The notes under the pieces: model-generated
The model's database searches: none
What the model was told of the DNA's origin: nothing
What the model saw: only the letters and a program-made list of their open reading frames with translations
Shown here: piece by piece, positions 9,033 to 19,306 of the stretch
Position numbering within the stretch: the stretch's first letter is position 1
How the letters are laid out: every line of letters begins with the position of its first letter
From: Candidatus Zambryskiibacteriota bacterium
GTDB lineage: Bacteria > Patescibacteriota > Minisyncoccia > Phycocordibacterales > Zambryskibacteraceae
Length of the DNA: 64,000 bases
Reading direction: 5' to 3'
NCBI GenBank assembly: GCA_016177225.1
Contig: JACOVQ010000004.1
Coordinates: 3,328 to 67,327, forward strand
Made by a program: the position numbers and the translations under genes

Positions 9033-9610
9033 AAAAAGCGAAGCGCATTTTCATACTCCTCGGGCATCCGGATAAAGATACTCTCAACGGTACTTTGGCG
9101 TGCGAGTATGAAAAGGGCGCACTTGATGCGGGGCATCAAGTGCGCAGAATGAGCCTAGGAGATATGAAATTCGACCCGATACTCCACTTGGGTTATAAGA
9201 TTGAACAGACTCTTGAACCGGACCTAGTCGCTTTCCAAGAAAATGTGCGTTGGTGCAATCATTTTGTCATTTTCTATCCGTCGTGGTGGTCCACTATGCC
9301 GGCGCTCTTAAAAGGCCTCATCGACCGCACTTGGCTTCCGGGATTTGCTTTCAAATTTACGCATGAATTCTGGTGGAAGAAACTTCTTAAAGGCCGAAGC
9401 GCTTCAGTGGTGGTTACTTCAGACACCATTCCATTTATCCAACGTTTAATCTTTGGTGATACGACCAATGAACTAAAAAAGGGTGTTTTGTGGTTTGCGG
9501 GCTTTTCTCCCATACGCGTTTACAAATTTGGATATATCAAACACACTGGCCTTTGGCGCCGCGAGCGCATTAAACGCAAGGTTTACAAGATGGGGTGTAA
9601 GGGTGTATAA
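9029..9610 (+). CDS. NAD(P)H-dependent oxidoreductase, flavodoxin-like fold
   Basis: LGHP and YPSWWSTMPALLKGLIDR motifs. Confidence 0.9.
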   Translation: MKKAKRIFILLGHPDKDTLNGTLACEYEKGALDAGHQVRRMSLGDMKFDPILHLGYKIEQTLEPDLVAFQENVRWCNHFVIFYPSWWSTMPALLKGLIDRTWLPGFAFKFTHEFWWKKLLKGRSASVVVTSDTIPFIQRLIFGDTTNELKKGVLWFAGFSPIRVYKFGYIKHTGLWRRERIKRKVYKMGCKGV

Positions 9611-9757
9611 TAAAATCAGAATGTTCCAGGTTTTTCCAGCCGCTCCAACCCCCTTGGAGTAACTGGAGCAACGGCTTACCGATAACGTCCCTTAGTTCAT
9701 GATGCTGGGGACAAGACGTTGAATGCGCCAATTTCAGTTTTCAAGTTGGGAGAAAGT

Positions 9758-9964
9758 ATGATTCCATGTGGACAATGCTCTGTAAGTTTGGCGAGTGCTG
9801 AAAGGGATTTAGTTCAGTTTTCTGACGGTACTGTCGTTCACAAGGGTAACTGTGAACGCAGATATCAGAGAGCAAATCCAAAAACGAAAGTTTTGGCGGT
9901 TGTCCAAATGCAAAACGGGCAACCGGAAATTGTTCGGCAATTCGCCATTGGCGCGACAGGCTAG
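9758..9964 (+). CDS. small putative Zn-binding protein
   Basis: CGQC...HKGNC; GGGAG SD before the ATG. Confidence 0.55.
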   Translation: MIPCGQCSVSLASAERDLVQFSDGTVVHKGNCERRYQRANPKTKVLAVVQMQNGQPEIVRQFAIGATG

Positions 9965-10174
9965 TTTATCGTTTGTGTTCGGTCTAAACTGGGGGTTTAA
10001 CCAGTTTTTGCAGTTCAGACTGCACACAAGCGAGATTCGGCGGTAATGGGAACCCCTTTCAAAAGCCCCATTTCCCCGATAAGGGTCCGAAGGAAAAGGA
10101 GCGGATTTATTTCGCCTCCCCAACACATCCTCGGGCCCTTTCAATTTGTTATAATCGCAAATGTCTAAGTTGCC

Positions 10175-12862
10175 ATGAACAATAACTTTCATACACAATC
10201 ACTTCAAGATGTTTTTATCAAGCTTCAGACGAGCGAACGTGGTTTAACTGTCGAGGAAGCGAATCGCAGGCTCAAAGAATACGGTCCTAATAAGTTGCCG
10301 GAGGCTAAAGCCGACAGTCTCACGATTATCTTCCTGCGCCAATTCCAAAGCCCGCTTATTTACATTCTTCTAGCCGCCAGCGCGGCTGTTTTTGCTACGG
10401 GAGAGATTATTGACGGTTTGATTATCCTCGCCGTGCTTATCTTTAACGCGATTGTCGGAACCATACAGGAAGGAAGAGCACAGAATACTCTGCTTGCCCT
10501 CAAGCAGTTCGTGGAAACCAGCGCTACAGTGCTCCGCGATGGAAGGGAAATAATCATTTCGGACGCAGAAGTCATTCCCGGCGATATCGTTATTCTCCAA
10601 GAAGGCGAAAAAGTTCCGGCAGATGCGCGCGTTATCCTATCCCAAAATCTGAAAGTTGATGAGGCGGCGCTCACAGGCGAATCAGAACCGGTTCATAAGA
10701 TTGCTGACTCGCTTCATTCTGATGTGAGTATTCAGGATAGACGGAACATGATTTTCAAAGGCACGCATGCTGTCGCCGGAAATGGCAGAGCAGTTGTAAC
10801 GGGGACTGCTCTTGATACTCTGGTCGGCAAGATTGCCAAGGAAATCAGCACTATTGAATCGGAAATTCCTCTTAAAATCAACATCCGCTATCTCTCGCGC
10901 CTTATTATCGCGACAGTTGCCGTCATCAGTACATTCCTCTTCATTATCGGAGTGTCTTCCGGAAAAACCGTTGTAGAAATGTTTACCACGGTTGTGTCTC
11001 TTTCTGTCTCCATTATTCCCGAAGGCCTTCCGATCGTCATGACACTGGTGCTTGCCTCCGGCGTCTGGCGGATGTCGAAGCGCAAGGCTCTCGTAAAAAA
11101 ACTGCAAGCTGTCGAAGCCCTAGGCCAGGCAAGTATTATCGCCATTGATAAAACCGGCACCATTACCAAAAACGAAATGGTAATTCAAAAGGTGTATGTG
11201 GAAGAAAAGATGTTTGATGTCGGTGGCGTTGGGTATGAGCCAAAGGGCGACATCAGCTTTGACGGCCGCATTACGGACACCGCGAACCATCCCGAACTTT
11301 TGCTCGCCGGAAAGATCGGCGCTTTTTGCGCCAGTGCCCGAGTCATATACTCGGATGAAGATAAGCGCTTTCGGATTTCCGGAGACCCTACCGAAGCGGC
11401 GATGCTCGTGCTCTCGCAGAAACTTGGTTTTCATAAAGAAGACCTTGAGCGAGAATCTAGGGTTATTGGGGAGATTCCTTTTGATTATCGGCTCAAGTAC
11501 CACGCCGTGCTTCACAAAGTTGGTGGTAAGAATTTCCTGACCGTCGTCGGCGCGCCGGAAGTTATTTTAGAATTATCAGAAACAATATGGCTCTATGGGA
11601 AACAGAAAGAACTCACATCAGCAGGCCGGAAAAATCTTGAATCCATCTTTTACCAGATGTCGCAGGAAGGATTGCGCGTGATGGCCTTTGCTATTGATCC
11701 GGATGCCGGAAAAACGCTCAAGCCGGGGAAAATACGGACCCTTTCTTTCGTTGGATTTTACGGGATGAGAGACGCGACTAGGCCGGAAGTGGCATCTGCC
11801 ATACGAAAAACGGAGTTGGCCGGAATAAAAGTGGTTATGATTACCGGCGATCACAAGATAACCGCCCAGGCCATAGCAAAAGAAGTAGGCATCTGGCACG
11901 GGAATGACGAGGTGCTTACCGGATTGGAAGTTGACGCGATGTCCGCCGCGGAATTATCCCAAAGGCTCAAATTGGTTTCGGTATTTGCGCGGGTAACACC
12001 GGAGCATAAACTTCGAATTATTGAAGCGTATAAATCACGCGGAGAAGTTGTGGCCATGACTGGGGACGGCGTAAATGACGCACCGTCGCTTGTCGCCGCG
12101 GATCTCGGCGTTGCTATGGGGAAGATCGGCACTGAAGTCGCCAAGGAAGCCTCCGATATAGTGCTTCTTGACGATAATTTCGGAAGCATCGTGTCTGCTG
12201 TGGAAGAGGGGAGAGGAATCTACGAAACTATCAAAAAGGTTATCCTCTATCTTTTTTCTACAAGCATGGGCGAGGTGTTTACCATCACAGGGGCACTTTT
12301 TATTGGTATTCCTCTTCCGATTCTGCCCGCGCAGATTATCTGGCTTAATTTTGTAACCGACGGATTTTTGGATGTGGCGCTTGCCATGGAACCGAAGGAA
12401 AAAGGGCTTCTCTCCGGCAAATTCGAGCGGCCTAAAAAATATTTAATTGATAAACTGATGGCGTATCGTATGATTCTTATGGCTATTCCGATGGCTATTG
12501 GCGCCCTTTATCTGTTCACTCAATATCACGAGACCAATATCGCGAAAGCCTGGACTATGTCGCTTACTATACTCGCTGTCTTTCAATGGTTTAACGCCTG
12601 GAATTGTCGCTCGGAAGACAAATCAATATTCGAAATGAATCCTTTTTCTAATAAATTTCTCGTCGGGGCAACACTCTCTATTATCGGACTGCAACTTTTT
12701 GCCGTTTATAATCCGTTAATGCAAAAAATTCTCCGAACGGTACCGCTCGAAATTTCCGACTGGGTCGCGATTGTTCTAATCGCGACATCTATCGTAGTAG
12801 TCGAAGAGGCAAGAAAGTTTTTCTACCGCTGGCAACTTCGAGTAAGAACTAAATTAGCATGA
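10175..12862 (+). CDS. P-type cation-transporting ATPase, type II Ca2+-like
   Basis: TGES, PEGL, DKTGT, TGD and GDGVND motifs. Confidence 0.95.
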   Translation: MNNNFHTQSLQDVFIKLQTSERGLTVEEANRRLKEYGPNKLPEAKADSLTIIFLRQFQSPLIYILLAASAAVFATGEIIDGLIILAVLIFNAIVGTIQEGRAQNTLLALKQFVETSATVLRDGREIIISDAEVIPGDIVILQEGEKVPADARVILSQNLKVDEAALTGESEPVHKIADSLHSDVSIQDRRNMIFKGTHAVAGNGRAVVTGTALDTLVGKIAKEISTIESEIPLKINIRYLSRLIIATVAVISTFLFIIGVSSGKTVVEMFTTVVSLSVSIIPEGLPIVMTLVLASGVWRMSKRKALVKKLQAVEALGQASIIAIDKTGTITKNEMVIQKVYVEEKMFDVGGVGYEPKGDISFDGRITDTANHPELLLAGKIGAFCASARVIYSDEDKRFRISGDPTEAAMLVLSQKLGFHKEDLERESRVIGEIPFDYRLKYHAVLHKVGGKNFLTVVGAPEVILELSETIWLYGKQKELTSAGRKNLESIFYQMSQEGLRVMAFAIDPDAGKTLKPGKIRTLSFVGFYGMRDATRPEVASAIRKTELAGIKVVMITGDHKITAQAIAKEVGIWHGNDEVLTGLEVDAMSAAELSQRLKLVSVFARVTPEHKLRIIEAYKSRGEVVAMTGDGVNDAPSLVAADLGVAMGKIGTEVAKEASDIVLLDDNFGSIVSAVEEGRGIYETIKKVILYLFSTSMGEVFTITGALFIGIPLPILPAQIIWLNFVTDGFLDVALAMEPKEKGLLSGKFERPKKYLIDKLMAYRMILMAIPMAIGALYLFTQYHETNIAKAWTMSLTILAVFQWFNAWNCRSEDKSIFEMNPFSNKFLVGATLSIIGLQLFAVYNPLMQKILRTVPLEISDWVAIVLIATSIVVVEEARKFFYRWQLRVRTKLA

Positions 12863-13680
12863 GCGCCTTAAAGATAGGCATAGTGGGCCTGCCAAATGTA
12901 GGAAAGTCCACGCTCTTTAACGCGCTGACGAATAAAAGCGTGCCAGCGGAGAATTATCCTTTCTGCACTATTGACCCGTCTGTCGGCATTGTGCCTGTGC
13001 CTGACGAAAGGCTCGAGCGACTAAGTGACCTTAGTCGCTCGCAAAAAACTATTCCAGCGGTAGTTGAATTCGTCGATATCGCCGGGCTCGTCAAAGGAGC
13101 TTCGGAGGGGGAGGGGCTCGGCAATAAATTCCTCTCCCATATCCGCGAAGTGGATGCCATCATCGAAGTGGTCAGGATTTTTGAAGACCCGAATGTCATC
13201 CATGTGCATGAAAAAGTAGATCCGCTTTTTGATATTGAGATTATAAATCTCGAACTCGAGAAAGCGGGTATCAAGAAACCAACACTTTACGTACTCAATA
13301 TGTCAGAAGCGGCTCCCAAGGTCCGACCTTGGGAATTGGATTCTAAGGTCAGACCTTTGATTGAAGTTGACCCGGTCTTTGGCACGGGTTTGGACAAGTT
13401 GATTACAGAATCATATAAACTTCTGGATTTGATAACCTTCTTTACGACTGGAGAGAAGGAGAGCCGCGCTTGGACTACCAAACGCGGTTCCACCGCGCCG
13501 GAAGCGGGGAAGGCAATTCACTCTGATTTTCAAACCAAGTTTATCCGCGTTCAAGTAGTTTCTTATAGCGACTTAACTAATTCTGGCTCTATAGCTAAGG
13601 CTCGGGAGAAAGGCTGGTTAAGAACGGAGGGGAAGGAATATGTTGTCCAAGATGGCGATGTTGTTGAATTTTTGATATAA
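12859..13680 (+). CDS. ychF: YchF/OLA1 ATPase, shortened
   Basis: [23 protein letters not shown] and TGS domain. Confidence 0.92.
   Translation: MSALKIGIVGLPNVGKSTLFNALTNKSVPAENYPFCTIDPSVGIVPVPDERLERLSDLSRSQKTIPAVVEFVDIAGLVKGASEGEGLGNKFLSHIREVDAIIEVVRIFEDPNVIHVHEKVDPLFDIEIINLELEKAGIKKPTLYVLNMSEAAPKVRPWELDSKVRPLIEVDPVFGTGLDKLITESYKLLDLITFFTTGEKESRAWTTKRGSTAPEAGKAIHSDFQTKFIRVQVVSYSDLTNSGSIAKAREKGWLRTEGKEYVVQDGDVVEFLI
13318..13357. repeat. double palindrome AAGGTCNGACCTT-N14-AAGGTCNGACCTT inside ychF
   Basis: Same geometry as 15650-15689. Confidence 0.85.
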
Positions 13681-13697
13681 CCTTTTTGGAGGTGCAC

Positions 13698-13847
13698 ATG
13701 TGGTCGCAACAGATTGACTGGGCGTATTGGGTCAGATTTTCTCTGGTCTCCGTCTTTTTTATCGCCGCCGCCGCGGTATTTCATGTTTTGATTGTTCCAG
13801 CCATTGCGGAATTGTTTCGCACAAGCAAAACGAGAGGAAAAAGATGA
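13698..13847 (+). CDS. 49-aa single-TM protein; not in the ORF track
   Basis: GGAGGT SD; MWSQQIDWAYWVRFSLVSVFFIAAAAVFHVLIVPAIAELFRTSKTRGKR; hairpin 13857-13879 downstream. Confidence 0.65.
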   Translation: MWSQQIDWAYWVRFSLVSVFFIAAAAVFHVLIVPAIAELFRTSKTRGKR

Positions 13848-13950
13848 CCGCCAAAACGCGCGAGCCTAAAGCTCGCGCGAACCCTTTTATAGAGAAATAT
13901 TGGAATCTAAAACCCCATTTACCATATGCAGAAATTCTTGTACTATTTGG

Positions 13951-16140
13951 ATGATGAGCGCATACGACCCAAAAAAAATTGAGCCGAAGTGGCAGAAAGA
14001 GTGGGAGCAAGCCGGCCTCTACCACGCTGAAGATTCTTCTTCAAAACCCAAATACTACACTCTTATAGAATTTCCGTATCCATCCGGAGATGGTTTACAT
14101 GTTGGGCATCCGCGTCCTTATATCGGGTTAGACATTGTCTCAAGAAAAAGAAGAATGGAAGGATTCAATGTGCTTTACCCGATAGGATGGGATGCCTTCG
14201 GTTTGCCGACAGAAAATTACGCCCTTAAAACCGGTAAAGACCCGAGAATTGTCACAAAAGAGAATACCGACACTTTTCGCCGACAGATCCAGTCACTCGG
14301 AATTTCATTCGACTGGTCGCGAGAGATTAATACCACCGACCCAGAATATTATAAATGGACGCAATGGCTCTTTTTGAAATTTCTTGAGCGCGGCTTGGCA
14401 TACAAAGCCAAGATGCCGATTAACTGGTGTCCGAAAGATAAAATCGGCTTGGCTAACGAAGAAGTGGTAGATGGAAAATGTGAGCGTTGCGGTACTGAAG
14501 TGGAAAAAAGGGAAAGAAAACAGTGGATGCTTGCTATTACCAAATATGCAGATAGACTAGCTGACGATTTAGATACTGTTGATTATCCAGAACGTGTAAA
14601 AATCCAACAAAGAAATTGGATAGGTAGAAGCGAGGGAGCGCTGATTAAATTTGACGACATAGAAATTTTTACCACAAGACCTGATACGATTCGCGGAGCA
14701 ACCTTTATTGTGATGTCCGGAAAAGAAGATAAATTTACCGGCCGCTACGTTATCAATCCGGCGACGAGAGAAAAAATTCCGGTCTGGGAAGCCGAGTATG
14801 TCATGGCCGATTACGGTACCGGAGCCATTATGGGCGTGCCGGCTGACGACGAGCGCGACAGAATATTTGCCGAGAAACATCATCTGCCGATTGTTGAAAA
14901 TTACACAAAAGCCGAATTCGAAGATTATGGGAAAAAAGTCGCTAAATATAAACTGCGTGACTGGGTATTCTCTCGCCAACGATATTGGGGCGAACCCATA
15001 CCGGTTGTACATTGTGGCAAATGCGGCATTGTGCCCGTGCCGGAATCTGAACTGCCGGTAAAATTACCGGAGATTAAAAATTACCAGCCTACAGAAACAG
15101 GAGAATCACCTCTGGCAAACATTTCCGGATGGGTTAATACAATTTGTCCTAAGTGTGGCGGTAAGGCGAAGAGGGAAACCGATGTTATGCCTAACTGGGC
15201 GGGTTCTTCATGGTATTTTTATAGATATTGCGACCCTCATAATGATAAACAGTTTGCCTCGCTGGAAAAACTGAAATACTGGATGACGCCTGTCCGCCAG
15301 TCCGGGGGCGGGGTTGATTGGTATAACGGGGGGATGGAACATACCGTTCTTCATCTTCTATACTCGCGATTTTGGAATAAGTTTCTTTTTGACCTTGGTC
15401 TGGTGCCGACAAGCGAGCCGTACAAAAAACGTACTTCTCATGGCCTGATTCTTGCCGAAGGAGGAGAAAAGATGAGCAAGTCGAAAGGCAATGTCATCAA
15501 TCCGGATTCTATTGTGGAGCGTTTCGGCGCTGATACTTTGCGCGTGTATGAAATGTTTATGGGCCCGTTTGAACAAGCCATTGCTTGGAGCGAGAGCTCG
15601 CTAGTTGGACCAAGAAGGTTTTTGGAAAAAGTATGGAAACTTGCGGGAAAAGGTCAGACCTTAAATATTGATTCTCAAGGTCTGACCTTGATGCATCAGA
15701 CTATCAAAAAAGTTTCGGAAGATATAGAAGCAATGAGATTTAATACTGCGGTTTCAACTTTGATGATTTTTGTCAACGAGTTGGATAAACGAGAAGAAAT
15801 CTCACAAAAAGAATTTGAAATTTTACTGCTTTTACTTGCGCCATTCGCGCCGCATATTACCGAAGAACTTTGGTCAACACTCGGTGTTAGCCAAAATTCG
15901 ATTCATACGGAAAAATGGCCAAAGTATGACGAATCAAAATTGATTGCGGACGAAGTAACGATTGTGATTCAGGTCAATGGCAAAGTTCGAGGTAAATTTG
16001 TGGCGAGTGCAAATATCACTAAAGAGAAGATAATTAAGGCGGCACAGGAAGTTCCGGAAATCCAAAAATGGCTTGTGGACAAGAATATCAAAAAGTCGAT
16101 TTGTGTGCCTGGAAAGCTGGTTAATTTCGTGACATCTTGA
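13951..16140 (+). CDS. leuS: leucine--tRNA ligase
   Basis: FPYPSGDGLHVGH, KMSKS and QVNGKVR motifs. Confidence 0.97.
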   Translation: MMSAYDPKKIEPKWQKEWEQAGLYHAEDSSSKPKYYTLIEFPYPSGDGLHVGHPRPYIGLDIVSRKRRMEGFNVLYPIGWDAFGLPTENYALKTGKDPRIVTKENTDTFRRQIQSLGISFDWSREINTTDPEYYKWTQWLFLKFLERGLAYKAKMPINWCPKDKIGLANEEVVDGKCERCGTEVEKRERKQWMLAITKYADRLADDLDTVDYPERVKIQQRNWIGRSEGALIKFDDIEIFTTRPDTIRGATFIVMSGKEDKFTGRYVINPATREKIPVWEAEYVMADYGTGAIMGVPADDERDRIFAEKHHLPIVENYTKAEFEDYGKKVAKYKLRDWVFSRQRYWGEPIPVVHCGKCGIVPVPESELPVKLPEIKNYQPTETGESPLANISGWVNTICPKCGGKAKRETDVMPNWAGSSWYFYRYCDPHNDKQFASLEKLKYWMTPVRQSGGGVDWYNGGMEHTVLHLLYSRFWNKFLFDLGLVPTSEPYKKRTSHGLILAEGGEKMSKSKGNVINPDSIVERFGADTLRVYEMFMGPFEQAIAWSESSLVGPRRFLEKVWKLAGKGQTLNIDSQGLTLMHQTIKKVSEDIEAMRFNTAVSTLMIFVNELDKREEISQKEFEILLLLLAPFAPHITEELWSTLGVSQNSIHTEKWPKYDESKLIADEVTIVIQVNGKVRGKFVASANITKEKIIKAAQEVPEIQKWLVDKNIKKSICVPGKLVNFVTS
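15650..15689. repeat. double palindrome AAGGTCNGACCTT-N14-AAGGTCNGACCTT inside leuS
   Basis: Same geometry as 13318-13357 but in a different reading frame. Confidence 0.85.
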
Positions 16141-16188
16141 CACGACTTGACACTACAGAGGTCAAGTGATAGAAATAGACATAACAAT

Positions 16189-17223
16189 ATGGAAAAGGTC
16201 AATTTAAGCTTCAAGCCCAAAGAGGTCACAAAGCGGCTTTTATCTATCCTGACAAAGCGCGCGCAAGACGTGCTGGTTAATCGCTATGGCCTTGGAGCCA
16301 AACCGGCCAAACTTACTTTGGATGCCATTGGCAAAAAATACTCCATCACTCGCGAGCGCGTGCGCCAAATTGAAAATCATTCTCTTATTTCCATTCGCAA
16401 ATCAAAAACCTACAAAGACAGTGAACCGGTTTTTGTTGAACTCAAGGAACTTTTACTTACTCTCGGCGGCCTGGTGTCGGAGAAAGATTTGCTCAATCAT
16501 TTCAGTAAGGACCAAAGCACTCAAAACCACTTTCATTTTCTCTTAGTTGTCGGCGAAGAATTTAAGAGGGAGAAAGAGGACGAGGAATTTAAGCATCGTT
16601 GGTATGTTGATTCACAACTTTCCGAAAGAATTAAGAATACTTTGCGCAAGCTCTACGCAAAACTCTCTGACGATGAATTGGTTTTCGAAGGCGACCTCAT
16701 CAGCTCTTTCTTGGAGGAAGTTAAAGATTTGAATGAAAAGTACAAAAATGAAGAAGTGGTAAAGCGCTGGCTCTCCGTTTCGCACAAAATCGGCAAAAAT
16801 CCGTTAGGCGAATGGGGACGCACCTCATCTTCCAACGTCAACGCCAAAGGCATGCGCGATTTCGCCTTCCTTGTCATCAGAAAGCACGGTTCGCCCATTC
16901 ACTTCAAAGAAGTAGCCAAAGCCATTACCCAGTATTTCAATAGAAAAGCTCACATAGCCACTACTCACAATGAATTGATTAAAGACCCGCGATTTGTCCA
17001 AGTTGGGCGCGGACTCTACGCTCTTCGCGAATGGGGGTATATGCCCGGCGTTGTTAAAGATGTTATTAAAAAGATTATCGAGAAGGACGGACCGCTTGTC
17101 AAAGAAAAAATCGTCGAGAAAGTGCTCAAAGAGCGCTATGTCAAAGAAAACACCATTCTTGTCAATCTTCAGAACCCGAAATATTTCAGACGAGGCAAAG
17201 ACGGCAAGTACTATAACTTATAA
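16189..17223 (+). CDS. sigma-70 region-4-like HTH plus winged-helix (HARE-HTH-like) protein
   Basis: RYGL...TLDAIGKKYSITRERVRQIE; FVQVGRGLYALREWG. Confidence 0.8.
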   Translation: MEKVNLSFKPKEVTKRLLSILTKRAQDVLVNRYGLGAKPAKLTLDAIGKKYSITRERVRQIENHSLISIRKSKTYKDSEPVFVELKELLLTLGGLVSEKDLLNHFSKDQSTQNHFHFLLVVGEEFKREKEDEEFKHRWYVDSQLSERIKNTLRKLYAKLSDDELVFEGDLISSFLEEVKDLNEKYKNEEVVKRWLSVSHKIGKNPLGEWGRTSSSNVNAKGMRDFAFLVIRKHGSPIHFKEVAKAITQYFNRKAHIATTHNELIKDPRFVQVGRGLYALREWGYMPGVVKDVIKKIIEKDGPLVKEKIVEKVLKERYVKENTILVNLQNPKYFRRGKDGKYYNL

Positions 17224-17243
17224 AATCAGTGTAGAATATAATT

Positions 17244-18479
17244 ATGTTTGGCATTGATTTTGCAGCTACGGCAAGATTTTTATTTCTTTCTGCGCCAGTT
17301 TGGCTCGTCGTAATGCTCGTGAGCCTTTATATGCATACTTGGTTTAACTACAAGCGCCGCCAGTTTATCAGAAAAAAGGGGGGCGTGCTTCTTGAAATCA
17401 AGTTGCCGAAAGATATTGAGAAAACTCCGGCCGCCATGGAGATGGTGCTTGAAGGCATGTGGGAAGATGTCCCCGGTTCATTAACGGACGTCTATATTGA
17501 TGGCGCTGTCAGGAATTGGTTTTCTCTGGAAATAGTTTCAATTGGCGGGCAAATAAAATTTTACATTTGGACCTGGCCAAAGTGGCGGCAGGTTGTTGAG
17601 ACTCGTATTTACTCCCAATACCCGGGTGTGGAAATTGTAGAAGCCAAGGATTACGCGCTTGACTTGATATTTGACCCTGCGAAAGTAAAAGTTAAGGGTA
17701 TTACGACTAGGCTCGTTAAAGAAGATGCTATCCCCATTAAGACTTATATAGATTTTGGGCTTGATAAAACCGATAAAGAACCAGAACAGATTATAGACCC
17801 GCTTACGCCAGTACTCGAATATCTTGGCGCGAGGAAGCCTGGAGAAGTAGCGGCAGTGCAAATTGTAATACAAGGCCACCGAGCACAAGGCTTCCAAGAC
17901 GCAATGCTTAATCCAAAAAAGCATTTCTCAAAAGAAGTCAAAGATGCTGTAAAGAAAATTGCGGAGAAAGAAGCTTACTTTGAGACAAAAGAAGGCATGC
18001 CCATATCAACTTTGAATTTAACTAAGACTCAAAATGAAGCTATCGCCTCTATCGAGCGCAACGCTTCCAAACACGCATATGACACCCAGCTTCGTCTGTT
18101 GTATTTCACTACTATTGAAGCGGATGATAAGAACTCCACCGCCGGCATGATTGGTAGCATGCGCCAATTCGGCTATGTCGGCTCAAGCACTATTTTAAAC
18201 GGTATTCGTCCAAATCAATTTATCCCCGGCATTAATTATAGTTGGGAAGACTTCTTGGATATTAGAAAAATGGAGAACCAGAGACGACACCTCGATGCGT
18301 TTAAGCGCCGCTCATTCTTCAATGTGCCATACAAGCATCTTATGGGAAAACCATATGTTTTGACGGTGGAGGAATTAGCCACGCTATTTCATTTTCCGGC
18401 CGGAGGAACGGCCACTACTCCTACGCTTGCCCGTATTCCTTCCAAGAAAGCCGAGGCTCCGGCCAATCTGCCTACATGA
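17244..18479 (+). CDS. conserved membrane-anchored hypothetical protein
   Basis: N-terminal TM; WFSLEI, YSQYP and EELATLFHFP motifs. Confidence 0.75.
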   Translation: MFGIDFAATARFLFLSAPVWLVVMLVSLYMHTWFNYKRRQFIRKKGGVLLEIKLPKDIEKTPAAMEMVLEGMWEDVPGSLTDVYIDGAVRNWFSLEIVSIGGQIKFYIWTWPKWRQVVETRIYSQYPGVEIVEAKDYALDLIFDPAKVKVKGITTRLVKEDAIPIKTYIDFGLDKTDKEPEQIIDPLTPVLEYLGARKPGEVAAVQIVIQGHRAQGFQDAMLNPKKHFSKEVKDAVKKIAEKEAYFETKEGMPISTLNLTKTQNEAIASIERNASKHAYDTQLRLLYFTTIEADDKNSTAGMIGSMRQFGYVGSSTILNGIRPNQFIPGINYSWEDFLDIRKMENQRRHLDAFKRRSFFNVPYKHLMGKPYVLTVEELATLFHFPAGGTATTPTLARIPSKKAEAPANLPT

Positions 18480-19306
18480 AATATATTTGGCCGTGCGCGA
18501 CAATATTCTTCATGGTGTTTCTCTGGCGAATATCTCCGCCAGTTTCCTATCCTCAAGGCTCCATTATTACCGTTTCTCCCGGCAGTCTTTATGAAATAGG
18601 AGAGGAATTAAAATCTTTTGGCGCGATACGTTCGCCGTTTTGGTTTAGAATTGCCGCTATCATTGTCGGCGGTGAGCGCAATATGAAAGCGGGCCAATAT
18701 AAACTGACTCGTCCACAAAATGTCTTTGTCGTCGCTTGGCGCGTCGCTCGAGGAGAACGTGACATCGAGACTGCCAAGATTACCATTCCGGAAGGTTTTA
18801 CCGTTTCGGAAATATCCTCGCTTTTTGACGCGCGATTTCAGTTATTCGACCGCCAATATTTTTTGACCCATGCTTCTGAAGGATATCTCTTTCCAGACAC
18901 ATATTTTATTCCCGTGACCGCCACAGCTTCATCGACCATTAAGCTTTTTACCGATAATTTTGACAGAAAAACTCTTGGTCTCCCGGTAACCAAGGAAGTG
19001 ATTGTCATGGCTTCTCTTCTTGAGAGTGAAGCTAAGACCGAAGAAGAAAGGAAATTAGCGAGTGGCATTTTATGGAAGCGCCTGAAGCTCGGCATGCCTT
19101 TACAGGTCGATTCGGCGATGAATACTTACGAGTTTCAAGGCTTGCCGGAGGCGCCGATTAATAATCCGGGACTTGTTTCCATCAATGCCGCTCTTAATCC
19201 CAAATCTTCTCCCTATTTATATTTCTTGACAGATAAGGAAGGGAAAATGCATTATGCAAGGACATTTGATGAACATAAAACAAACATCGCGAAGTATCTG
19301 CGATAA
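18476..19306 (+). CDS. mltG: endolytic transglycosylase
   Basis: TIPEG, EGYLFPDTY, ASLLESEA and GLPEAPINNPG. Confidence 0.92.
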   Translation: MKYIWPCATIFFMVFLWRISPPVSYPQGSIITVSPGSLYEIGEELKSFGAIRSPFWFRIAAIIVGGERNMKAGQYKLTRPQNVFVVAWRVARGERDIETAKITIPEGFTVSEISSLFDARFQLFDRQYFLTHASEGYLFPDTYFIPVTATASSTIKLFTDNFDRKTLGLPVTKEVIVMASLLESEAKTEEERKLASGILWKRLKLGMPLQVDSAMNTYEFQGLPEAPINNPGLVSINAALNPKSSPYLYFLTDKEGKMHYARTFDEHKTNIAKYLR

